DNA from: Candidatus Tenderia electrophaga
GTDB taxonomy: Bacteria; Pseudomonadota; Gammaproteobacteria; Tenderiales; Tenderiaceae
DNA length: 64,000 nucleotides
Direction of reading: 5' to 3'
NCBI GenBank assembly: GCA_001447805.1
Contig: CP013099.1
Location: 2,115,181 to 2,179,180, forward strand
This document shows positions 38,852 to 50,474 of the stretch, one piece after another (positions within the stretch are counted from its first letter, which is position 1; each line of letters opens with the position of its first letter). A program made the position numbers and the translations under genes. The notes below the pieces were generated by a model. It saw nothing but the letters and a program-made list of their open reading frames with translations, did no database searches and had not been told where the DNA came from.

Positions 38852-40522
38852 ATGGCCCAATACATCTACACCATGAACCGGGTGAGCAAGGTTGTTCCCC
38901 CCAAACGCACCATCATCAAGGACATCTCCCTGTCCTTCTTTCCCGGCGCCAAGATCGGCCTGCTGGGCCTCAACGGCGCGGGTAAATCCACCGTGCTGCG
39001 CATCATGGCCGGTGAGGACACGGAATACGAAGGCGAGGCGCGGCCGCAGCCCGGCATCAACATCGGCTATCTGCCCCAGGAGCCGGAACTGGACCCCAGC
39101 AAGGACGTGCGCGGCAACGTGGAAGAGGCCCTGGGCCACATCAAAGAGGCGATGGAGAAGCTGGATCAAGTCTACGCCGCCTACGCCGAGCCGGACGCCG
39201 ACTTCGATGCCCTGGCCAAGCAGCAGGCCGAGCTGGAGAACATCATCCAGGCCAGTGATGCCCACAATCTGGAGCGCAAACTGGAGATCGCCGCCGACGC
39301 CCTGCGCCTGCCGGCCTGGGATGCGGATGTGACCACACTCTCCGGCGGTGAGCGCCGCCGCGTGGCGCTGTGCCGCCTGATCCTGTCGGCGCCTGACATG
39401 CTGCTGCTGGATGAGCCCACCAACCACCTGGACGCCGAATCAGTCGCCTGGCTGGAGCAATTCCTGCGCGAATTCCAGGGCACCGTGGTGGCCGTTACCC
39501 ATGACCGCTACTTCCTCGACAATGTGGCCGGCTGGATCCTGGAATTGGACCGCGGCCACGGCATCCCCTGGGAGGGCAACTACTCCTCCTGGCTGGAGCA
39601 GAAGGAGAAGCGCCTGGAGCAGGAGGAGAAAGGCGAACAGGCGCGCATGAAGGCGATGAAGGCCGAGCTGGAATGGGTGCGCAGCAACCCCAAAGGGCGC
39701 CACGCCAAGAGCAAGGCGCGCCTCACCCGCTATGAAGAACTGGCCAACCAGAACTTCGACAAGCGCAACGAGACCAACGAGCTATTCATTCCACCGGGCC
39801 CGCGCCTGGGCGATCTGGTGATCGAGGCCGACGGTCTGAGAAAGGGTTTCGGCGAGCGCCTGCTCATCGACGATCTCAGTTTCAATCTACCGCGCGGCGG
39901 CATCGTCGGCGTCATCGGCCCCAATGGCGCCGGTAAGTCCACCTTGTTCAAGATGATCATTGGCACGGAACAAGCGGATGGCGGCGAGCTGCGCATCGGC
40001 GAGACGGTACAGCTGGCCTACGTGGACCAGAGCCGTGACGCCCTGGATGACAGCAAGACCGCCTGGGAAGAGGTCTCCGACGGTCAGGACATCATCACCG
40101 TCAACGGCGTGCAGATCAACTCACGCGCCTACCTGAGCCGCTTCAACTTCAAGGGCACCGACCAACAGAAGCGCGTCGGCAAACTCTCCGGCGGCGAGCG
40201 CAACCGCCTGCATCTGGCCAAGCTGCTGCAAAGCGGCGGCAACGTGCTGCTGCTGGACGAACCCACCAACGACCTGGACGTGGAGACGCTGCGCGCCCTG
40301 GAAGAGGCCTTGCTGGAATTCGCCGGCTGCGTGGTGGTCATCTCCCATGACCGCTGGTTCCTGGACCGTATCGCCACCCACATGCTCGCCTTCGAGGGTG
40401 ACAGTCACGTGGAGTGGTTCGAGGGTAACTTCGCCGACTATGAAGAGGACAAGAAACGTCGTCTGGGTGAAGATGCCGTGACGCAGCCGCATCGTATTAC
40501 TTATAAGAAATTCAGCGATTGA
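38852..40522 (+). CDS. ettA: energy-dependent translational throttle protein EttA (ABC-F)
   Basis: Two ABC cassettes (GLNGAGKST / GPNGAGKST; LSGGERRR / LSGGERNR) with arm and linker; 556 aa; MAQYIYTMNRVSK N-terminus typical of EttA. Confidence 0.93.
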   Translation: MAQYIYTMNRVSKVVPPKRTIIKDISLSFFPGAKIGLLGLNGAGKSTVLRIMAGEDTEYEGEARPQPGINIGYLPQEPELDPSKDVRGNVEEALGHIKEAMEKLDQVYAAYAEPDADFDALAKQQAELENIIQASDAHNLERKLEIAADALRLPAWDADVTTLSGGERRRVALCRLILSAPDMLLLDEPTNHLDAESVAWLEQFLREFQGTVVAVTHDRYFLDNVAGWILELDRGHGIPWEGNYSSWLEQKEKRLEQEEKGEQARMKAMKAELEWVRSNPKGRHAKSKARLTRYEELANQNFDKRNETNELFIPPGPRLGDLVIEADGLRKGFGERLLIDDLSFNLPRGGIVGVIGPNGAGKSTLFKMIIGTEQADGGELRIGETVQLAYVDQSRDALDDSKTAWEEVSDGQDIITVNGVQINSRAYLSRFNFKGTDQQKRVGKLSGGERNRLHLAKLLQSGGNVLLLDEPTNDLDVETLRALEEALLEFAGCVVVISHDRWFLDRIATHMLAFEGDSHVEWFEGNFADYEEDKKRRLGEDAVTQPHRITYKKFSD

Positions 40523-40547
40523 TTTTGTGGGGCGCTGCGCGACTTAA

Positions 40548-40680
40548 TACCCCCCCCTAACCCCCCCTAACCCCCCCTTTTTCAAAGGGGGGATCTACGT
40601 GCTTATAGCGACGCTTTACCCACTAGAGGGTGACATACATTTATAGCCCCCTCTTTAATAAAGAGGGGGTTGGGGGAGAT
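40548..40680. repeat. C-rich tandem decamer (TAACCCCCCC x3) with flanking G-run and a second 10-bp palindrome
   Basis: 40548..40577 TAACCCCCCC repeated three times, then TTTTTCAAAGGGGGG (C7/G6 hairpin potential). 40645..40670 AGCCCCCTCTTTAATAAAGAGGGGGT perfect palindrome. Lies just after the ettA stop. Confidence 0.7.
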
Positions 40681-40707
40681 TTGAGGCGAGCCCACCACAG
40701 ATTTAGG

Positions 40708-40750
40708 TAAAAAAAAGCCCCGGCATTCAAAACCGCCGGGGCTTTTTTAT
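40708..40750. terminator. bidirectional rho-independent terminator between convergent ettA and fusA-like genes
   Basis: A8-GCCCCGGC-attcaaaacc-GCCGGGGC-T6: A-run upstream and T-run downstream of a GC hairpin. Confidence 0.8.
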
Positions 40751-40791
40751 TGCGATACCAGCGGGACCATAGGCCCCGCTGTTTTTCTGCC

Positions 40792-42876
40792 TTACTTCTT
40801 GGCTTCGCGCTCCTGCACTTCCTTGATGACGTCATCGGCCACATTCTTGGGGCAGGCACTATAGTGTGCGAATTCCATGGAGAACTGGCCGCGACCCGAG
40901 GTCATGGTACGCAGGTCACCGATGTAACCGAACATCTCGGACAGCGGACACTCGGCCTTGATACGCACACCGGTCGGGCCTGATTCCTGGCCCTGGATCA
41001 TGCCGCGGCGACGGTTCAGGTCACCGATGACATCGCCGACGTGATCATCCGGGGTAAACACATCCACCTTCATGATCGGCTCCAGCAACTGCGGGCCGGC
41101 CTTGGGCATGGTCTGACGATAGGCCGCCCTGGCGGCGATCTCATAGGCCACCGCCGAGGAGTCGACCGCGTGGAAGGCACCATCCATCAGGATGACCTTG
41201 AAGTCGAGACAGGGGAAGCCGGCCAGCACGCCCTTTGCGGTGCTTTCTCTGAAGCCCTTCTCCACGGCCGGCCAGAATTCACGCGGTACATTACCGCCGG
41301 TGACCTTGGATTCGAATTCAAAGCCTGAACCCGGTTCGCCTGGCTCGATGACGTAATCGATCTTGGCGAATTGGCCCGAGCCACCCGTCTGTTTCTTATG
41401 GGTATAGCTGTCTTCAGTCCGTTGGGTGATGGTCTCGCGGTAGGCGACCTGAGGCTTGCCCACGTTGACCTCGATGCCATGGGTACGCTTGAGGATATCG
41501 ACCTTGATGTCCAGATGCAGCTCACCCATGCCCTTGATAATGGTCTCGCCGGAATCTTCATCCGTTTCAACGCGGAAGGACGGGTCTTCGGCGATCATCT
41601 TGCCGATGGCGATACCCATCTTCTCAGCAGACGCCTTGTCCTTGGGCGCGATGGCGATAGATATAACCGGTTCGGGGAACACCATGGGCTCCAGGGTGGC
41701 CGGGTTTTTGGGGTCGGCCAGGGTATGTCCGGTTTGCACGTTTTTCATACCCACCACGGCAACGATGTCGCCGGCCTGGGCGCTGTCGCGCTCCTCGCGC
41801 GAATCCGCATGCATCTCGACGATACGGCCGATACGCTCGGTCTTGCCGGTGAAGGTATTCATTACCGTGTCACCCTTGTTCATCTTACCGGTATAGACGC
41901 GCATAAAGGTCAGGGCGCCGAAACGGTCGTCCATGATCTTGAATGCCAGGGCACGCAGTGGACCGTTGGGATCAACGATGGCGAATTTTCCGGTCTCGTT
42001 ACCTTCCAAATCCACCTCAGGCTGAGGATTGACCTCCGTCGGGCTTGGCAAATAATCGACCACGCCGTCCAGCACCAGCTGAACCCCTTTGTTTTTGAAT
42101 GAAGAACCGCAGAAGGTCGGGAAGAAATCCAGATGGATAGTCCCCTTGCGAATGCAACGCTTGAGGTCTTCGATGGACGGCTCTTCGCCTTCCAGATATT
42201 TCTCCATCAAGTCATCGTCCTGCTCGACAGCCGTTTCCACCAACTCGGCGCGATATTCTTCCGCCTTGGCTTTATACGCCTCCGGGATGTCGACGATCTC
42301 GTAGTTGAGCGGATCGCCCGATTCGTCCCAGATCCACGCTTTCATGTTGAGCAGGTCGATGACGCCCTTGAAATCGTCTTCGATGCCGATGGGCAGGGTC
42401 ATCACCAGCGGGCGCGCGGCCAGCACGTTCTTGACCTGGTCGACCACGCGATAGAAATCAGCGCCGATACGGTCAAGCTTGTTGACGTAGATGATGCGCG
42501 CGACCTTGGAGTCGTTGGCGTAACGCCAGTTGGTCTCGGACTGGGGCTCGACGCCGCCGGAACCGCAGAACACGCCGACACCGCCGTCGAGCACCTTCAG
42601 CGAACGATACACCTCGATGGTGAAGTCCACGTGGCCGGGGGTGTCGATAATGTTGAAACGATGATCCTTCCAAAAACAGGTGGTGGCGGCGGACTGGATG
42701 GTGATTCCGCGCTCTCTCTCCTGATCCATGAAATCGGTGGTGGCGGCGCCGTCGTGGACTTCTCCCAGCTTGTGGATCTTACCCGTCAGCTTGAGGATAC
42801 GTTCGGTGGTGGTGGTCTTGCCCGCATCCACGTGCGCGAAAATACCAATGTTTCTGTATTTAGTCAGATCAGTCAT
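40792..42876 (-). CDS. fusA: elongation factor G paralogue (stand-alone EF-G2-type)
   Basis: 694 aa, G1 [10 protein letters not shown]3 DTPGHVDF, full EF-G domain set. Not adjacent to rpsL/rpsG/tuf, hence a second-copy-type EF-G. Confidence 0.9.
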   Translation of the reverse strand: MTDLTKYRNIGIFAHVDAGKTTTTERILKLTGKIHKLGEVHDGAATTDFMDQERERGITIQSAATTCFWKDHRFNIIDTPGHVDFTIEVYRSLKVLDGGVGVFCGSGGVEPQSETNWRYANDSKVARIIYVNKLDRIGADFYRVVDQVKNVLAARPLVMTLPIGIEDDFKGVIDLLNMKAWIWDESGDPLNYEIVDIPEAYKAKAEEYRAELVETAVEQDDDLMEKYLEGEEPSIEDLKRCIRKGTIHLDFFPTFCGSSFKNKGVQLVLDGVVDYLPSPTEVNPQPEVDLEGNETGKFAIVDPNGPLRALAFKIMDDRFGALTFMRVYTGKMNKGDTVMNTFTGKTERIGRIVEMHADSREERDSAQAGDIVAVVGMKNVQTGHTLADPKNPATLEPMVFPEPVISIAIAPKDKASAEKMGIAIGKMIAEDPSFRVETDEDSGETIIKGMGELHLDIKVDILKRTHGIEVNVGKPQVAYRETITQRTEDSYTHKKQTGGSGQFAKIDYVIEPGEPGSGFEFESKVTGGNVPREFWPAVEKGFRESTAKGVLAGFPCLDFKVILMDGAFHAVDSSAVAYEIAARAAYRQTMPKAGPQLLEPIMKVDVFTPDDHVGDVIGDLNRRRGMIQGQESGPTGVRIKAECPLSEMFGYIGDLRTMTSGRGQFSMEFAHYSACPKNVADDVIKEVQEREAKK

Positions 42877-43225
42877 GTTTCTACTCTAGAGTTGTGTATA
42901 AAATCATTCGGCCGAGCGCTAAAAGCCGGCCCACGTCAAAATGGCCGCTATTTTACATCAAAATCTGTGAAAAAACAGGCAAATACCGGGAGGACAGCAA
43001 AATTCTCCGCGCGCGGCCGGGAATGCCGGTTATCCCCTTGTTTTGTAACGATAGTGAGCCTGGGACGGGGGGAACGGACCCTACCGGCACCCAACACCGC
43101 GGTCAATCACAGTGCAACTGACCGCCGCCGCGGGGAATAGTTCTCCCGAGCGCGCGGCGACCCTCGCCAAACGCCTGATTTATGCCCATACTTGTCAAAG
43201 GCAAAACACTCAGGGAGGAATACAC

Positions 43226-44017
43226 ATGCAGCGTTTATGTTTGTTTGGCGTCCTGCTGGCCGTACTGGCGCTACCGGCGCAGGCCAAGGTCATCGCCGAG
43301 TCGGTCACGTATCAAGCCGGCGACACCCTCCTAAAGGGCTACTTGGTCTATGACGACGCCATCCGGGGCAAACGACCGGGGATTCTCGTGGTGCATGAAT
43401 GGTGGGGGCTGAACGACTATGCACGCATGCGCGCGCGTCTGTTGGCGGAGCAGGGTTATGTGGCGCTGGCACTGGACATGTACGGCGAGGGCAAGCAGGC
43501 CAGCCATCCGGAAGATGCGCAGAAATTCTCCTCTGAAATCGCCAATAACGTCGAGCTGGGCAAACTACGCTTCACCGCGGCGATGGACTTTTTGAAACAA
43601 CAGCCACTCACGGATACCACCGACATCGCCGCTATCGGCTATTGCTTCGGCGGTGCCGTGGTGCTGCAAATGGCGCGCGAGGGGGTCGATCTGGATGCCG
43701 TGGTCAGCTTTCACGGCAGCCTCGGCACCCGCAATCCGGCCGAGGCCGGCGCCGTCAAGGCGCAGATTATGGTCGCCCACGGCGCGCAAGATCCGTTTGT
43801 GAAACCGGAGCAGATCACCGGCTTTATAGATGAGATGAACCAGGCCGAGGCGTTTTACCGCTTTATCATCTACAGCGGCGCCAAGCATTCCTTTACCAAT
43901 CCGGGAGCCGATGAATTCGGCGAAAAATTCGATCTGCCCCTCGAGTACAACCCGCAGGCGGATCGCGATTCCTGGCAGCATATGCAGACTTTTTTGCGCG
44001 ACGCCTTCCTTAAATAG
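43226..44017 (+). CDS. secreted dienelactone hydrolase family protein
   Basis: Start at MQRLCLFGVLLAVLALPAQA (signal peptide) preceded by GGGAGGA. Alpha/beta hydrolase with nucleophile motif GYCFGG. Track ORF 43112 start rejected. Confidence 0.85.
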   Translation: MQRLCLFGVLLAVLALPAQAKVIAESVTYQAGDTLLKGYLVYDDAIRGKRPGILVVHEWWGLNDYARMRARLLAEQGYVALALDMYGEGKQASHPEDAQKFSSEIANNVELGKLRFTAAMDFLKQQPLTDTTDIAAIGYCFGGAVVLQMAREGVDLDAVVSFHGSLGTRNPAEAGAVKAQIMVAHGAQDPFVKPEQITGFIDEMNQAEAFYRFIIYSGAKHSFTNPGADEFGEKFDLPLEYNPQADRDSWQHMQTFLRDAFLK

Positions 44018-44306
44018 GCCCGCGGCGGCGGCCAGCAAGGCGGCCTCCGCATCGCGGCGCGAAATGTCGTAACCCAGCGACACCCCGGCGGAGATGGCCG
44101 ATCAGGCTTCAAAAGCTGATCAAGGATCGGCAATAGCGGTGTTTGGGACCGGCCTGGCAGTGACGCCTCAACAACAGATTGCCGCCCATGAACGCAGCCA
44201 CTGCCAGGATAAGGGTGACGATACCGGCAACAAAGTCTCGCAAGCTCAAGCCGGACCTGCGTAATTCCGGGTATTGAAAAAAGCGTCCGCTGTGCGCTAA
44301 GACCCG

Positions 44307-44927
44307 CTATTCCAAGCCCTTCTCTTCGATGCTCATAATCGCGGCATAATGGGCGCGGGCGATGCGATCACGCCCCTCCCGCGTCATCAGGCACTCGCGA
44401 CACTCCTGCTCGTTATCCATGAAAAAGTTTTCCGTCAGGATGGCCGGCATACGAGTACGTGTGAGCACGTAGAAATTGGCCTCCTTGTCCACATCACCGT
44501 CCAGGGTGTCGGCGCGCATCCTGATATCGGGGAACTCATTCTTGAATTCATTAAAAAACACCGTTGCCACGGCGTCCGAATCCGTCTCGCCCGGCGAAGT
44601 ATAGACCTCGTATCCGGTGCCGCCACCGGCGTTAGCGTGAATGGATACATAAATACAGTTGCGCTGGTGGTGATAGTTGTTGGCGCGCCGCACCCGTTCG
44701 TTGAGTGAGATATCTTCCAATTCCGGCGCGATATTGACATAGCTGACCCGATCGGCGGTCAGCATCTCAATCAGGCGGTTGACGATGGAGCGGTTGAACT
44801 CGCCTTCATAAAGAATCGCCCCGTCGTCCCATTTGGGACTGCGCTTACCCTCGGTTTGATACAGGCCGTCGATTACGCCGCCATGACCGTTGTCCAGCAA
44901 CCATAGATATCTGCTTGTCATCGCCAT
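44307..44927 (-). CDS. N-acetylmuramoyl-L-alanine amidase (Amidase_3 family), cytoplasmic-type (no signal peptide)
   Basis: 206 aa with WLLDNGHGG..DG Zn-binding N-terminal motif, and second-His / Glu context (SIHANAGG, E in TENFFMDNEQE) of Amidase_3. Confidence 0.75.
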   Translation of the reverse strand: MAMTSRYLWLLDNGHGGVIDGLYQTEGKRSPKWDDGAILYEGEFNRSIVNRLIEMLTADRVSYVNIAPELEDISLNERVRRANNYHHQRNCIYVSIHANAGGGTGYEVYTSPGETDSDAVATVFFNEFKNEFPDIRMRADTLDGDVDKEANFYVLTRTRMPAILTENFFMDNEQECRECLMTREGRDRIARAHYAAIMSIEEKGLE

Positions 44928-44985
44928 CCATCCCTCGTCTGTACGGATATATTTTTAGTTGTAGCATAGTTCAAGTCCACCGCAA

Positions 44986-45441
44986 TCAAAGCAGAGCGCG
45001 CGCCATCACCAGCGCGTCTTCCCGGCCGACATGGCTGGGATAATAATTATTGCGGCAACCCAGTTCGTTAAACCCCATCGAATGATACAGGCTGATTGCT
45101 GCTTGATTGGAGGCGCGCACTTCCAGCAACATCAGCTCGATGTCATGTTTGCGAGCGATTTGCTCGAGCATATGCAACAATCCCCGCCCCAAGCCCGCAC
45201 CGCGGAAATCGGGATGAACACAGACATTCAGCACATGGGCCTCCCCCGCCCCCATGGACATGACGGCATAGCCGACCAGCCGCCCATCCCTCTCCAGCAG
45301 ACCGCCGTAGTAGCCGCTATTGAGGCAATCGCGGAAATTTCCGGCGCTCCAGGGAAAGGTATAGGAAAGGCGCTCCAGCGGCATCACCGTTTCGATGTCG
45401 TCCATTTTCATCGGGCGCAACTGATACGGAGCGGGAAACAT
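44986..45441 (-). CDS. rimI: ribosomal protein S18-alanine N-acetyltransferase RimI
   Basis: GNAT fold with RGAGLGRGLL acetyl-CoA motif, ~150 aa. Start may be 45411 (MKMDD). Confidence 0.85.
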   Translation of the reverse strand: MFPAPYQLRPMKMDDIETVMPLERLSYTFPWSAGNFRDCLNSGYYGGLLERDGRLVGYAVMSMGAGEAHVLNVCVHPDFRGAGLGRGLLHMLEQIARKHDIELMLLEVRASNQAAISLYHSMGFNELGCRNNYYPSHVGREDALVMARALL

Positions 45442-45450
45442 GCGACCGGC

Positions 45451-46167
45451 TCAGTGACTAGCGTTCATCACTTGCCGCGCCAGCAGCAGATCCTGCCAGG
45501 CCTTGCGTTTTTGCGCCGGCGAGCGCAGCAGGTAGGCCGGATGATAGCTGATCACCACCGGAACGCCGGTATCGGCGTATTCGAAGCGTTTGCCGCGCAG
45601 CGCGCCGACGCGCTCATCGGTGTTGAGCAGATTGTGGGCGGCGACGCGTCCGACGGCGAGAATAATCTTGGGTTGGATCAACTCGATTTGGCGTTTGAGA
45701 TAGCCCCGGCAGGCACCGGCTTCGTCCGGCTTGGGGTCGCGATTACCGGGCGGGCGACACTTGACGATGTTGGTGATATAGACCTGTTCACGTTGCAGGC
45801 CGATCGCCAGCAGCATCTGATCCAAGAGCTTGCCGGCGCGGCCGACGAAGGGTTCGCCCTGCTTGTCTTCGTCGGCGCCCGGGGCTTCACCGATGATCAG
45901 CCAGTCGGCCCGATGATCGCCCACACCGGGAACCGCTTGGATGCGGTGTTCATGTAAGGGGCAACGAGTACAGGCACGGACGGTGGCCTCCAGCTCGGGC
46001 CAATCCAAGGCGGCAATGGCCGGGTCGGCATCGGCCGCAGGATCGGAGACTGTGGTGGTGGTGGCGTCGACCGCATCGGCGCCACCGCCCGGCGCCGGGG
46101 ACCGGCGCAGCCGCCAACTCTGGATGCCCATGGCATCCAGATAGGGTTGGCGTTTGTGCTGATCCAT
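45451..46167 (-). CDS. uracil-DNA glycosylase, family 4
   Basis: GEAPGADED motif-1 (family 4 GE[AG]PG), CxxC 4Fe-4S ligands (CTRCPLHE), HPAYLLR C-terminal motif. Confidence 0.85.
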   Translation of the reverse strand: MDQHKRQPYLDAMGIQSWRLRRSPAPGGGADAVDATTTTVSDPAADADPAIAALDWPELEATVRACTRCPLHEHRIQAVPGVGDHRADWLIIGEAPGADEDKQGEPFVGRAGKLLDQMLLAIGLQREQVYITNIVKCRPPGNRDPKPDEAGACRGYLKRQIELIQPKIILAVGRVAAHNLLNTDERVGALRGKRFEYADTGVPVVISYHPAYLLRSPAQKRKAWQDLLLARQVMNASH

Positions 46168-46185
46168 GGTCCCCTCCCGGTGTCA

Positions 46186-47721
46186 TTAAAGTTGGGGATG
46201 GGCCCGTTCGGCCGCCGCCAGGATCTTGTTCAGGGCGTTGATATAGGCCCGCGCCGAGGCGATGACGATATCGGTATCGGCCCCTTGACCGTTGACGATG
46301 CGGCCACCGCGCTCCAGGCGCACGGTCACCTCGCCCTGGGCGTCGGTGCCGCTGGTGATATTGCTGACCGAATACAGCTGCAGGTCGGCGCCGCTGTCGA
46401 TCACCGCTTCGATGGCCTTGAAGGTCGCGTCCACCGGGCCACTGCCGCGCGACTGGCCCTGCTGTTCTTCGTTGTTGATGCGCAGGGTGATCCGGGCGTC
46501 GGGGGTCTCGCCGGTTTCGGAACAGACCTTCAGGGCGACCAGTTTAACGTATTCGTTCTCGGCCTCCAGATTGACCTCGGTGACCAGGGCCTGCAGATCG
46601 TCGTCGTAGATCTCATGCTTTTTGTCGGCCAGTTCTTTAAAGCGGGCGAAGGTGTCGTTGAGTTCCTCTTCCGAGTCAAAGGCGATGCCCAATTCCTGCA
46701 GGCGGGTGCGGAAGGCGTTGCGCCCCGAGTGTTTACCCAGCACCATGCGGTTGGTACTCCAACCGACGTCTTCGGCGCGCATGATCTCGTAGGTCTCGCG
46801 ATTCTTGAGCACACCGTCCTGGTGAATGCCCGACTCATGGGCGAAGGCGTTGGCGCCGACGATGGCCTTGTTGGGCTGCACCACGAAACCGGTGATGCCC
46901 GAGACCAGGCGGCTGCAGGGCACGATCTGGGCGGTATCCAGGGTGGTATCGCAGGGAAAGATATCCTGGCGCGTGCGCACCGCCATAACGATCTCTTCCA
47001 GCGAGGCATTGCCGGCGCGTTCGCCCAGGCCGTTGATGGTGCACTCCACCTGGCGGGCGCCGTTCATGACCGCCGACAGGGAGTTGGCCACGGCCAGGCC
47101 CAAGTCATTATGACAATGCACCGAGAACACCGCCTTGTCCGCGTTGGGGATGCGCTCGATCAGGTTACGCATCAGGCCGCCGAATTGTTCCGGCACGTTG
47201 TAACCGACCGTGTCCGGGATGTTGATGGTACGGGCGCCGGCCTCAATCACCGCCTCGATCACACGGCAGAGAAAATCCAGCTCGGAGCGGCCGGCGTCTT
47301 CGGGGGAGAACTCGACGTTGTCGGTGTACCGGCGGGCGCGCTGGACCGCCTTCACGGCCTGCTCCACCACCTGGTCCGGCGACATGCGCAGCTTCATCTC
47401 CATATGGATGGGCGAGGTGGCGATGAAGGTGTGGATGCGCGCCGAGTTGGCGCCCTTGAGGGCCTCGCCGGCGCGATCGATGTCCTTGTCCAGGGCGCGG
47501 GCCAGACCACAGACCGTGCTGTCCTTGACGGTATTGGCCACCGCCTGTACCGACTCGAAGTCACCCTGGCTGGCGATGGGAAAACCGGCCTCGATAACGT
47601 CGACGCGCATCTTTTCCAAGGCCTTGGCGATACGGATCTTCTCTTCCTTGGTCATGGAGGCGCCGGGGCTTTGCTCGCCGTCGCGCAAGGTGGTGTCGAA
47701 AATGATTAATTTATCACTCAT
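46186..47721 (-). CDS. leuA: 2-isopropylmalate synthase LeuA
   Basis: [24 protein letters not shown]-terminus, [14 protein letters not shown] metal-binding motif, C-terminal LeuA dimerisation/regulatory domain; 511 aa. Confidence 0.95.
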   Translation of the reverse strand: MSDKLIIFDTTLRDGEQSPGASMTKEEKIRIAKALEKMRVDVIEAGFPIASQGDFESVQAVANTVKDSTVCGLARALDKDIDRAGEALKGANSARIHTFIATSPIHMEMKLRMSPDQVVEQAVKAVQRARRYTDNVEFSPEDAGRSELDFLCRVIEAVIEAGARTINIPDTVGYNVPEQFGGLMRNLIERIPNADKAVFSVHCHNDLGLAVANSLSAVMNGARQVECTINGLGERAGNASLEEIVMAVRTRQDIFPCDTTLDTAQIVPCSRLVSGITGFVVQPNKAIVGANAFAHESGIHQDGVLKNRETYEIMRAEDVGWSTNRMVLGKHSGRNAFRTRLQELGIAFDSEEELNDTFARFKELADKKHEIYDDDLQALVTEVNLEAENEYVKLVALKVCSETGETPDARITLRINNEEQQGQSRGSGPVDATFKAIEAVIDSGADLQLYSVSNITSGTDAQGEVTVRLERGGRIVNGQGADTDIVIASARAYINALNKILAAAERAHPQL

Positions 47722-48023
47722 TTTTCAATGCTCCAGTGCTGTGTGCTGATGTTACAGCAGGGCTACATCAGCGGCAAACGGAAGGCTCCGGGGGAACGCT
47801 TTCCGTCGATCAGTGTTCAGGTTTGTATGATTTTGGGCCCGCAACCGGGCTAGGGGATTAGTCTCTGCCCGAAGGCAGCAGTCGCAGGCCGGCGCGCAGC
47901 AAGGCATTGCCGGTGGAGGGAAGGACAAACTGTGGGACCGCTGGAGTCATGAAGCTTTCCGATATTCGTTGGAAGAAATATAACGTCCCCGGCGCCGGTG
48001 CGCAAGCCCGCCGGGGCTGCAAA

Positions 48024-48779
48024 TCACTGCCCTTTGTCGGCCGACTTGCGCGCGGCGCGGCGCTGACGCAACAACACCAAGGTCAGCACCGGACCGGACA
48101 GGGCATAGATGAGCGCCATGGCGAACAGCACACGCGGCGGGTCCAGGGCCACCAGCACGAAGATCGCCACCACCACCAGGATCTTGAAAAACGGCACCTT
48201 GCCCTTGAGATCCAGGTCTTTAAAACTGTTATAACGCACGTTGCTGACCATGAGCACACCGGCGGCGGCCGTCAGCAGGGCCGTGATCCAGCCCAGATCC
48301 CCCCGCACCCAGGCGGCGTCATGCCCCCACCAGACCAGCCCCACCACCAAGGCCGCCGCCGCCGGGCTGGCCAGGCCTTGAAAATAACGCTTATCGATAA
48401 TACCGACCTGGGTATTGAAACGCGCCAGGCGCAACGCGGCACCCGCGGCATAGACAAAGGCGGCGGCGAAGCCCACCTTACCCAGCGGCGTCAATGCCCA
48501 GAGATACATGACCAATGCCGGCGCCAGACCGAAGGACACCATGTCGGCCAGACTATCGTACTCCTTGCCGAAATCACTCTGGGTATTGGTCATGCGTGCC
48601 AGCCGGCCGTCGATGCCGTCCATGAACATGGCGATAAAGATCGCGATTGCCGCCGCTTCGAAGCGACCGCTCATGGCGGCGATGATGGCGAAGAAGCCGG
48701 CAAACAGGCCCGCCGTGGTGAACAGATTGGGCAACAGATAAATACCGCGGCGGCGTTTTTTTTCTGCTTCCGTTTCCAT
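48024..48779 (-). CDS. pssA: CDP-diacylglycerol--serine O-phosphatidyltransferase (CDP-alcohol phosphatidyltransferase family)
   Basis: D-G-x2-A-R...G-x3-D-x3-D motif (DGIDGRLARMTNTQSDFGKEYDSLAD), multi-TM, 251 aa. Confidence 0.88.
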   Translation of the reverse strand: METEAEKKRRRGIYLLPNLFTTAGLFAGFFAIIAAMSGRFEAAAIAIFIAMFMDGIDGRLARMTNTQSDFGKEYDSLADMVSFGLAPALVMYLWALTPLGKVGFAAAFVYAAGAALRLARFNTQVGIIDKRYFQGLASPAAAALVVGLVWWGHDAAWVRGDLGWITALLTAAAGVLMVSNVRYNSFKDLDLKGKVPFFKILVVVAIFVLVALDPPRVLFAMALIYALSGPVLTLVLLRQRRAARKSADKGQ

Positions 48780-48904
48780 TGGCGTTCGCTCTTGCTCCTT
48801 CAGTTCCAGACTAAGGCTCCATTCTTACATCTTCGTGTAATGGATACAAAACAGGGATTGGGCCGCAGCACCAATCCCTGTAGCGATAGCGTCAAAAACA
48901 AAGA

Positions 48905-49972
<1,068 letters not shown>

Positions 49973-50470
49973 TTACAGCGACAGACTCTTCTCGCCACGG
50001 GCGATGCCCGATACACCTGAGCGCACGGTCTCGATGATCGCTTCCGCGCCCACCGCCTTGAGAAAGGCATCGAGCTTGTCGCCGGTGCCGGTCAGCTCCA
50101 CGGTATAGGTGGAGGTGGTGACATCGATAATATTGCCGCGGAAGATATCCACCAGGCGGTTGATCTCATGGCGCGCCTCGGTGCCCGACTCGGCCTTGAT
50201 CTTGACCAACATCATCTCACGCTCGATGTGGGCGCCTTCGGTGAGATCGATCAGCTTGACCACATCGATCAGCTTATTGAGCTGCTTGGTGATCTGTTCG
50301 ATGATCTCGTCCGAGCCGCGCGTCACCAGGGTCATGCGCGACAGGGATGGATCCTCGGTCGGCGCCACGGTCAGGGATTCGATGTTATAGCCGCGCGCCG
50401 AAAACAGCCCGGCCACACGTGACAGGGCACCCGCTTCATTTTCCATCAAAATCGAAATTATATGCCGCAT
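49973..50470 (-). CDS. ilvH: acetolactate synthase small (regulatory) subunit
   Basis: ACT domain N-terminus (RHIISILMENEAGALSRVAGLFSARGYNIESLTV) plus C-terminal AHAS small-subunit domain; 165 aa. Confidence 0.93.
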   Translation of the reverse strand: MRHIISILMENEAGALSRVAGLFSARGYNIESLTVAPTEDPSLSRMTLVTRGSDEIIEQITKQLNKLIDVVKLIDLTEGAHIEREMMLVKIKAESGTEARHEINRLVDIFRGNIIDVTTSTYTVELTGTGDKLDAFLKAVGAEAIIETVRSGVSGIARGEKSLSL

Positions 50471-50474
50471 CGAC

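Noticed and set aside
40548-40680. Possible CRISPR array
   Set aside because: Only three 10-nt units with no spacers and no cas genes; it is a simple tandem repeat or hairpin element.
42894-43121. ORF 42894..43121 (+, 75 aa) in the fusA–DLH intergenic region
   Set aside because: No SD, odd composition, lies in a divergent promoter region; probably non-coding.
44140-44300. 46-codon TTG-initiated single-TM ORF on the minus strand in the 44.0–44.3 kb gap
   Set aside because: No ATG start, no clear SD, cannot be assessed for conservation here. Mentioned only as a hypothesis in the findings, not called as a feature.
46147-47709. Plus-strand ORF 46147..47709 (520 aa) and ORF 50643..52166 (507 aa)
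   Set aside because: Antisense of leuA and ilvI respectively.
47722-48023. Classical leu leader-peptide attenuator upstream of leuA
   Set aside because: The only small ORF in the 300-nt leader (51 codons, MPCCAPACDCC...) is not Leu-rich. A UUCG-loop hairpin is present but has no T-run, so no attenuator is called.
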